DNA from: Candidatus Hydrogenedentota bacterium
GTDB taxonomy: Bacteria > Hydrogenedentota > Hydrogenedentia > Hydrogenedentales > SLHB01
DNA: 64,000 nucleotides
NCBI GenBank assembly: GCA_963745075.1
Contig: CAVUWV010000014.1
Location: forward strand, 224,001-288,000
Reading direction: 5' to 3'
Of this stretch, positions 57,172-64,000 are shown piece after piece. How positions within the stretch are numbered: position 1 is the stretch's first letter; every line of letters begins with the position of its first letter. A program made the translations under genes and the position numbers. Under the pieces are notes generated by a model. The model was not told where the DNA came from. It searched no databases and saw only the letters and a list, made by a program, of their open reading frames with translations.

Positions 57172-57243
57172 AGGAGAGGTTTTGCTGTAACTCAGTTGTT
57201 CTGTACCGAAGCGAAGATCCGACCGCTATCTCACGGTGAGAAT

Positions 57244-58300
57244 CTACTGGTTGTAGAAGTACAGAGAATCGGGGGGGTCGTGAAGTATCGTATCGGCGGG
57301 CGTGTTTGTCATACGCCGCGCAATCCAGTAGGCAACGCGGGCCGCGTAACCGATTGCGACGAATGCCATGAACGAACGTCAATACAATGTAAGACAAAGT
57401 GAGCGCCGAAAAAGGTATGGTGCCCGACCACCACAGGTTGGCGTCCGTAACCACCAACTTGATCAAAGTGAAGTAATCGACGACTTCATCGGTCCTGATA
57501 CCCGCCGTTGAGCCCGGTAGGGAGACCCAGGACCCTACGAACGCCCACGTCAGGGTCGCGTACGACAGCGCCCTTCCCGTGCGGGGCGGACGATCGCACC
57601 ACCAAAGCCAAGCGGTAGACTGAAGGACCATCGCAATCCACGTGACACCAAGTCCCATGCCTGCGAACATCGTGGCTCTCGCCGCAGATGCCGGAATGCC
57701 GAACGTGCTGTCGGTGAACGCGAATTGGGGGACCGATTGCGTTACGAAACACGAACCGATGACAAGCAGCAGGAGCCGGATCGGCGACCAGCGGACGAAC
57801 CACGGCTTTACGCCCCGATCGAGCTGGCGTCGCCATCTGCGCACGATGTACCACGTGAGCGGCGCCAGCGAGCACGCCAGAAACATGTTTTGAGCCGTCC
57901 AGACGGAGCCCCAGAGAATCGAACCGGTTGCGTAGCGTTGTGCGAACCAAACCAGGGTCGTTGTGCTGAACGCGTTCAAGAATCGAATCACTGCGTAGAA
58001 ACTGAGTGTTACTACCGCGATTGCTGCGAGCCTCCGTCCGAGACTGAGGTCCGCTTTCTCCACGTGCGTGTGTTGGAGTAGCGCCTTCATGATTCCCGGG
58101 TCGCCAAAGTGCTCCCGAACAAGGATCAGCGCGTCTTCGTCCGTGATCGGCTCAGAGCCATACCGAAACGCGGCGAACTTGTCCTCCATGTGGGTAAGGA
58201 GTTCTTCCTGGATCTCGGGATCGATGTCCTCCGCGACCGTGATCTGCTTGCACAATGTCCGCAAACGTTCGCGCATCTCCGGAGTCGGTGTTTCAGCCAT
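57244..58300 (-). pseudogene. HAAS / permease-prefix-domain membrane protein, paralog 2, frameshifted near the C-terminus
   Basis: IQEELLTHMEDK...LVREHFGDP; removing one copy of the 4-nt duplication at 57370-57377 restores a last TM helix matching the paralog and a stop at 57244. Confidence 0.65.
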
Positions 58301-58324
58301 CGGTGTTCTCCCCTAAACGCGCCG

Positions 58325-59341
58325 TCATACCGGCACGGTAGCTTCGGCGTTCCTCGTCCGCCACGCCTTTGCTCCGGAATAAATGGCGCGGGCCACCCAA
58401 CTGATGATGACAAGGATAACAAAAGACACCAATGGCCCCATGGTCATTTCGAGTACCGATGTGACGAAGCCGAGTGACCAGTAGAGTTGACCGGTATGAA
58501 ACACAAGATTGACGAGTGTCGAGTGTTCAGGTTTTGACTCTGATATCGTGAGCACGACGCCTTGGATCGATGCACATGAATAGACTAGCGCCCAAACCAC
58601 GCCCGTGTATGACAGCGACCTTTTGGTGCGCGGTGGCCGGTCGCACCACCAGAGCCACAGGATGGATTGGGCGATTACGGACAGCCATGCAAGTCCCATT
58701 CCCCCCCAAAAAAAGGCGCTAGCCCAGCGTGAGGAAAGGGTAACGCCGGGGATATTTCCCCTGACCATGGGCACATAAAAGAAAACCAGAGCCAAACCAG
58801 TTACGAGCAGGATGAGTGATCTCGTCGACCATCGCAGGAACCAGGGACGTTCCCCTTGATCCAGTTGCTGTCTCCAGCGGCGAACAACGAGCCAGATGAT
58901 TGGGGACATCAGGCACACAAACAACAGGTTTGCTACGTTGAAAAGGGAACCAATCCAATTCGCGGAGGATGGGAAATCTCGCGCGGTCCACACAGCAAAT
59001 GAGTTGCCGAGCGCCAGAAGCACTCGCCAAATACCGTAAAGCGCCAAGCTTACGGAGGCTACGGCCGCCAGCCTGCGGCCGAGGCTCAGTCTTAACTCGT
59101 AGTCGTACGTCTCGTGCAGCAACGCCTTGACCACACGCGGGTCGCCGAAATGCTCGCGCACGAGCAGGTAGGCATCCTCTTCCGTTACCGGTTCGGAGCC
59201 ATGGAGGTAGGCATTCAGCTTATCCTCCATGTGCGTGAGGAGTTCCTCCTGGATTTCGGGGTCGATGTCCTCCGCGACCGTGATTTGGCCGCACAATGCC
59301 CGCAGGCGTTCGCGCATCTCTGGATTTGGTGTCTCAGCCAT
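58325..59341 (-). CDS. HAAS / permease-prefix-domain membrane protein, paralog 1
   Basis: IQEELLTHMEDK...VREHFGDP N-terminus, several TM helices, overlaps the PadR stop. Confidence 0.75.
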   Translation of the reverse strand: MAETPNPEMRERLRALCGQITVAEDIDPEIQEELLTHMEDKLNAYLHGSEPVTEEDAYLLVREHFGDPRVVKALLHETYDYELRLSLGRRLAAVASVSLALYGIWRVLLALGNSFAVWTARDFPSSANWIGSLFNVANLLFVCLMSPIIWLVVRRWRQQLDQGERPWFLRWSTRSLILLVTGLALVFFYVPMVRGNIPGVTLSSRWASAFFWGGMGLAWLSVIAQSILWLWWCDRPPRTKRSLSYTGVVWALVYSCASIQGVVLTISESKPEHSTLVNLVFHTGQLYWSLGFVTSVLEMTMGPLVSFVILVIISWVARAIYSGAKAWRTRNAEATVPV

Positions 59342-59669
59342 GGGTGTCCTCCGCGAGCCGCAACATCATGGTGTGAAGCGTGCTCCACCGTTTCGCCCCC
59401 TCGCTCAATGCGTCCCGGCCTTTGGCCGTGATGTAGTAATACTTGCGGCGCCGGCCCACGTCGGACTCCTGCCACTGGGAGCGGACCAGCCCTTCCTTCT
59501 CCAGCTTGTGCAGGACGGGGTACATGGTGCCTTCCTGCCAGACGAAGAGCCCGTCCGCCTCCTGGTTCACTTCTTTGATGATTTCATAGCCGTAACTGGC
59601 CTTCTTGGCGAGGACCGTCAAAACCAGGATGCGCGTGCTCGCGCCGAGGAGTTCTTTGTCGAAATTCAC
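59334..59669 (-). CDS. PadR family transcriptional regulator
   Basis: SYGYEII, EGTMYPVLHKLEKEGLV, RRRKYYYITAKG; GTG start after aggaga. Confidence 0.93.
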   Translation of the reverse strand: MNFDKELLGASTRILVLTVLAKKASYGYEIIKEVNQEADGLFVWQEGTMYPVLHKLEKEGLVRSQWQESDVGRRRKYYYITAKGRDALSEGAKRWSTLHTMMLRLAEDTHG

Positions 59670-59682
59670 GGTGTAGTCTCCT

Positions 59683-59723
59683 GTACCTAGAAGTACTATA
59701 CCAAGAACTGCAAGGGTTGTCAA
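59683..59723 (-). promoter_or_regulatory. sigma70 promoter with overlapping candidate PadR operator
   Basis: TTGACA-17 bp-TATAGT; palindrome GTAC-N6-GTAC at 59683-59696. Confidence 0.7.
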
Positions 59724-59873
59724 GACCCTTTGTTTGGGCCTAAAATGCCGGGTTCGGTTAGGTACGCTGTAATGTCTGCGCTATTTGTAGGTAGTCAGTA
59801 GAGAATGTGCTAAACTTCAGCACGCTGCAAGGGTTGAAAGAAAGTGGGCGTTTAACCAGAGAAGGAGATCACC

Positions 59874-60011
59874 ATGTCCATCGGAAGAACCACTCGGACG
59901 AAACTTCCAATCAAGGCCGTTGAAGTCGCTCGCATTCCAATTCTGCAGTACCTGATCATGTTGTTTCAGTACTTGCTCAGAATGTTCTTCGATCAGAGCC
60001 ACAACTATTAG
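59874..60011 (+). CDS. 45-aa small protein not in the ORF track
   Basis: RBS aaggag 7 nt before ATG; MSIGRTTRTKLPIKAVEVARIPILQYLIMLFQYLLRMFFDQSHNY. Confidence 0.55.
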   Translation: MSIGRTTRTKLPIKAVEVARIPILQYLIMLFQYLLRMFFDQSHNY

Positions 60012-60034
60012 TGAGGAATTGATGGGCGGTCTGC

Positions 60035-61393
60035 GTGTTCGCTCGCATGCCGGGACCACCTGTGGAAAGGCGTGATGGCTGGGTCCTTGGATGCGGCGAT
60101 ACACTCATTGAACGACTATTCGTCCGCGAAAACTCGGTGCGGGTCGTGCTGCAATGGGTTGCATTGGCCGTGCTCTGCGCGGGAGCGATTGCGCCGTGGG
60201 CGTGGGTGACCGGCGTTGGGATTGTTTCGTTCTGCCTTCTGGGCATCGGGGTATACCGGACCCACGCGTACGAAGAGGCAGTTTTTGAGGGACTGCCCTG
60301 CCTGACGGCTGGAGGCGGAGGCACGGAGCGGGATAAACTCGTTGGCGTTACCGTGATTTCGCCCGCCCGGAACGAAGAAGCCCGCGTTGAACAAGCACTG
60401 CGATCCCTTTGCGGATTGACGTATTCCCGATTCGAGGTCATCGGCATCGACGACCATTCTACGGATGCAACGCCGGAGATCATGGACACGCTTGCCCGCG
60501 AATTCGCGAACCTGCGCGTCATCCACGATCCCACGCCTCAAGAAGGGTGGACCGGCAAAGCGAACGCCATCTGGAAGGCGCTACCCGAAGCGAACCCGGA
60601 ACACGCGTGGCTGCTCTTCACGGACGCGGATGTTGTCTTTCATCCGAAGGCGTTGGTCCGAGCTGTAGCATTTGCCCAGTCGGAAGGGGTGGATTTGCTC
60701 ACGTTCCTTCCCTATCTGACGAACGGCAGCTTTTGGGAAGATGTAACCCTGCCGCCCATTTGGCACAGCATGATCTGCGGCGTCCCGTATAGCCGGTTGA
60801 ATGATGAAGGTTCTTACCCCGTCGGTATTGGGGCATTCCTGCTGGTCCGTCGCGATGTGTACGAGCGGAGCGGTGGCCATGCCGTATATCCCGATCAGCA
60901 CATGGAAGATATCGTAATCGCGGGACTCGTGAAGGAGTGCGGCGGAAAAGTTGGGGTCGTGTGGACGCCCGATTTACTGTCCATCCGGCTTTACGCCGGA
61001 TTACGGCATCTTGTCGCTACTTCCGTAAACAAGTTGCGCGTACTTGGACGCGATTCCCTTGAGCGTCCTTTATCGGAGGCGAGTCAGCGTGCGTTGCCCC
61101 TTCTATTGCCGCTGCCGCTGAGTCTAATCGCGGTAACGCGACAATTGGTTTCCTCCAACTTTGACGTATTGCTCAGCATATACGCTGCGATCGGCGTACT
61201 CACCTATTGGGAGAACGTCCGCTCGTACAAGGCGGCCCGGACAACCAGCGACATGCGGCCCTGGACACCGTGGGTCCATCCGCTCGGCGGTCTGGTGCGA
61301 TTTTGGATTGCGATGCGCGCGGTCTTCGAGATACTGGTCGACGCAGATTCAAATTGGCGCGGCCGCAAGACCTTCATACGTAAGGACCGCTAA
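60035..61393 (+). CDS. GT2 glycosyltransferase (HpnB/CrtQ-like), start uncertain
   Basis: ISPARNEE, IDDHSTD, GWTGKANA, LFTDADV, GAFLLVRRDVY...GGH, ED, WRGR. Confidence 0.85.
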   Translation: MFARMPGPPVERRDGWVLGCGDTLIERLFVRENSVRVVLQWVALAVLCAGAIAPWAWVTGVGIVSFCLLGIGVYRTHAYEEAVFEGLPCLTAGGGGTERDKLVGVTVISPARNEEARVEQALRSLCGLTYSRFEVIGIDDHSTDATPEIMDTLAREFANLRVIHDPTPQEGWTGKANAIWKALPEANPEHAWLLFTDADVVFHPKALVRAVAFAQSEGVDLLTFLPYLTNGSFWEDVTLPPIWHSMICGVPYSRLNDEGSYPVGIGAFLLVRRDVYERSGGHAVYPDQHMEDIVIAGLVKECGGKVGVVWTPDLLSIRLYAGLRHLVATSVNKLRVLGRDSLERPLSEASQRALPLLLPLPLSLIAVTRQLVSSNFDVLLSIYAAIGVLTYWENVRSYKAARTTSDMRPWTPWVHPLGGLVRFWIAMRAVFEILVDADSNWRGRKTFIRKDR

Positions 61394-62404
61394 TCGTCCT
61401 TTACTCGATGGTTCCGTTTATGTAGCGCAGGCGTCTCGCCTGCATCTCCCGAACGATCCGTAATCTGTTCAATCCCAACGTTCCGCAGCATCCCAGCATG
61501 TTTCGCGCGCAAAATTGGCGTGCCGGAGAACTCCTCGCGAAACGCTTCCTCATCCATCGCAGCAATCCATTCCGGGTCCGGATTCGCATGGCCGGGGCGG
61601 GGATGGAAGTCCGCTTCGTCCGTTTCCGCTCACTTTGCGATTCCACGGGCACACATCCTGGCAGATGTCGCAACCGAATAACCAACCTTCGAATTTGGGC
61701 TGGAGGTTCTCCGGGATTTCGCCACGGTTTTCAATCGTCTGATAGGAGATGCACCGACGTGAATCGACGACCTTGGGTTCGACAATCGCGTCCGTCGGAC
61801 AGGCATCAATACACAACCGGCAACTGCCGCATTGGTCCGGCACGGGCGAGTCCGGTTCGAGCTCGACCGTCGTGAGAATGACCCCGAGGAAGAACCAGGA
61901 TCCCAGGTCGCGCCGCAGGACTAGGCTATTTTTCCCAATCCAGCCGATCCCGGCGCGTGCCGCCCATGCGCGTTCGAGTACGGGGCCGCTGTCAATACAG
62001 CAGTAGGTCTGCGCGCCGTTTTCCAGCGACTCGATGAACCGCGCCAACCGGCGCAACGGTTTCAACAAGACACGATGATAATCGCGTCCCCACGCATACC
62101 GCGCGACTTTTCCAGCGCCCTCTTTCGCGTCCGGACGTGGCGCATAGTAATTCCGCGCGACGACCACCACGGACTTCGCGCCGGGGAGTTTCTTCTGCAC
62201 GTCCTGCCGGATGTCGCGGGTCCGCTCCATCCAGTCCATGTCCGCGTGGTAGCCGTTGCGCAGCCATTCGCCAAGGCGATCTTCCGGATCGATGGGCGTA
62301 GCCGCTGCGATACCGCAGGCGTCGAAGCGCTCTTCGCGCGCGCATTGCCGTACGCGGTTCGTGTTCGGTGTGGTTATGTCCGTTGCATGACTCGACATTC
62401 GCAT
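61390..62404 (-). pseudogene. queG: epoxyqueuosine reductase QueG with apparent +1 frameshift near 61627
   Basis: ARYAWGRDYH, IDSGPVLER, GWIGKN, CGSCRLCIDACP, GCDICQDVCPWN; conserved tail EEAFREEFSGTPILRAKHAGMLRN is in another frame ending at 61390. Confidence 0.8.
61420..61447. repeat. GTAG-type REP-like palindrome
   Basis: atgtagcgcaggcgtctcgcctgcatct, identical to the copy at 39979-40006. Confidence 0.7.
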
Positions 62405-62448
62405 TAGCCAGTGACTTGCCGATAGTGTACTGAGTCCTACGTTGGCCC

Positions 62449-62617
62449 TAAGAACATCCCCCTTGATCCCCCTTCAAAGGGGGAATGGCGGCAACGCTTT
62501 GCGTTGCTTGTTAATTCTGAACCGCACCTATGGCGAACTTACAAGATTCTTGCAATTGTTCGACGACTGCGTGTGGCAAATTCCCCCTTTGAAGGGGGAT
62601 CAAGGGGGATGTTCTTA
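62449..62617. mobile_element. MITE/REP-like element, copy 2
   Basis: taagaacatcccccttgatcccccttcaaagggggaat and its exact reverse complement; homologous to 8419-8576. Confidence 0.8.
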
Positions 62618-62655
62618 ATGCAACAAAGGAGCATCTCGCTTCATGCGCCAAGCGC

Positions 62656-63384
62656 TCAGCGCAGGTTCACCCGCGCGCCGTACAGCTCGATCATTCTGCG
62701 GTTCCACTCGTCGCCGCCGGGCAGATTTGCCGTCTTGAACACGGGCGGTTCGGCGCCGCTTTCCGCGAACCGGCGCGACACGCCGTAGACGATTTGTTCC
62801 ACGATTGCAATGCCGATAAGACTCGACGTCGGTCCCGTCATGAGATCGGTGCCCGGAATCGGCAGCGCCGCATCGCCTGGACCGCCGCAATTGTCGATGA
62901 CTACGTCGCAGATTTCGTAAAGTTTCTTGTCCTGTCCGACGCCGTGCTTGGCCGCTCGCGACTGTTCCAACGACGTGATGGCTACGGTCTTAATTCCGCG
63001 GCCCTTCGCGATGAGGGCCATCTCGACCGGCACGGCGTTCTTCCCGCTGGTGGACACGATAGTCAGCACCTCGCCCGCGCGGATGTCCTGTTTGTCCAGC
63101 ACGACCTTCGCCAGACCGGGCAAGCGTTCCAGGTCCGTGCTGGTGACCGGACCCTCGTGTTGCATCAGGGCAGGGAAGAGAATGGCGTTTACCGGCACCA
63201 ATCCGCCGGCGCGGTAATACACCTCCTCGCCAATGAAATGGGAATGGCCAGTCCCGAAGATATGCCAGACGCCGCCGTCCAACAGGCTCTCCGCGACCAG
63301 ATTCGTGGCGGCGGCAATGGTTTCGGACTGGGTCCGCTCCACCTTTTCAAGGATCTTCCCAGCCACGGAAAAGAATTCAAGCAT
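62656..63384 (-). CDS. SIS (sugar isomerase) domain protein
   Basis: IFGTGHSH..EE.YYRAGGL, IVSTSGKN..PVEMA, DN....GDA, PPVFKTAN. Confidence 0.85.
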   Translation of the reverse strand: MLEFFSVAGKILEKVERTQSETIAAATNLVAESLLDGGVWHIFGTGHSHFIGEEVYYRAGGLVPVNAILFPALMQHEGPVTSTDLERLPGLAKVVLDKQDIRAGEVLTIVSTSGKNAVPVEMALIAKGRGIKTVAITSLEQSRAAKHGVGQDKKLYEICDVVIDNCGGPGDAALPIPGTDLMTGPTSSLIGIAIVEQIVYGVSRRFAESGAEPPVFKTANLPGGDEWNRRMIELYGARVNLR

Positions 63385-63431
63385 ACGATTACCTCCTCGA
63401 AGGCGAGTATAGCGCGTTAGATTGCGCGTTG

Positions 63432-64000
63432 TTAATTGATGTGAAGCTGCGCGATGACCGGGAAATGGTCGCTGGGATATCGGCCGCCCTGGTTGTACGT
63501 CACGGTTTCGCAGCGATTGACCGCAACCGGTCCGCGTGTGAGAATCCAGTCGATACGCCGGTTTGTGCCGGGCTCGGGGGCTTTGAATGCGCTCCACGTG
63601 ACGGACGGACCGACTTGGTCTCTCGCCGCGCCCCATGCGTCGGTCATTCCGCCGTCGGTAAGAATCGTGTACGGCTCGCTGTGTACCGCGGTAGAATTGA
63701 AATCACCGGTGAGAATGACCGGCGCGTTCTCGGGCAACGTGTTGATGAAATCCAGCAAGACATGCGCGCCGCTTTGCCGTGCCGCTTCGCTTTTGTGGTC
63801 AAGATGGGTGTTCACATAGTAGAAAAAGGTCTTGCTTTCATGGTGGTAGAACTTCGCCCAGGTCGCCATGCGGTTGCACGCGGAATTCCAGGACGACGTG
63901 CCCGGCACATCAGGCGTTTCCGATAGCCAGAAGTTCCCGGAATCAATCGGACTGACAAGGTCAGACCGGTAGAGCACGGCCATACGCTCGCCGTTGCCGT
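63432..64000 (-). CDS. endonuclease/exonuclease/phosphatase family protein (5'-truncated by the window)
   Basis: FWLSETP, NTHLDH, ILTGDFN, RIDWI, PSDHFPV. Confidence 0.88.
   Translation of the reverse strand, partial: GNGERMAVLYRSDLVSPIDSGNFWLSETPDVPGTSSWNSACNRMATWAKFYHHESKTFFYYVNTHLDHKSEAARQSGAHVLLDFINTLPENAPVILTGDFNSTAVHSEPYTILTDGGMTDAWGAARDQVGPSVTWSAFKAPEPGTNRRIDWILTRGPVAVNRCETVTYNQGGRYPSDHFPVIAQLHIN

Noticed and set aside
57244..59341. DGR template/variable-repeat pair
   Set aside because: Similarity is at the 5' ends of two paralogs, mismatches are not adenine-specific, and no reverse transcriptase is present
59817..60104. 95-aa minus-strand ORF
   Set aside because: No RBS or motif; the plus-strand 45-aa ORF has much better initiation signals
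61401..61685. Separate 94-aa gene downstream of queG
   Set aside because: Wrong frame; the region encodes the frameshifted QueG tail in another frame

Overview
A GC-rich bacterial chromosomal window of about 55 genes, with no rRNA, tRNA, CRISPR array or intact transposase recognised. The DUF1559-type pilin-like domain, PKD lipoprotein, DUF1080 gene and intergenic repeat types suggest a PVC-like or Hydrogenedentota-like organism (inference only). Housekeeping and metabolic genes: araD, dusB, E2/E3 of a 2-oxoacid dehydrogenase, mtlD-like dehydrogenase with an IMPase and a sugar ABC transporter, mutL-miaA, ygfA, aconitase, queG. A flagellar block flgF-G-A-H-I-J-N-L has sigma54 and sigma28 promoters but no flgM or flgK. 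Regulatory modules: an ECF sigma whose anti-sigma is fused to a DUF1559/H-X9-DG pilin-like domain, two sigma54 activators with visible -24/-12 promoters, and PadR with two tandem paralogous membrane proteins. Also present: a secreted animal-type heme peroxidase, a Tat-exported hemerythrin-like protein and a multi-BON protein. Signals missing from the ORF track: a candidate sRNA behind a near-perfect sigma70 promoter, a 6S-like rod upstream of ygfA, a 45-aa small protein with a strong RBS, two frameshifted genes, and several REP/MITE-like palindrome families. All calls were made by eye from motifs; no database searches were run.
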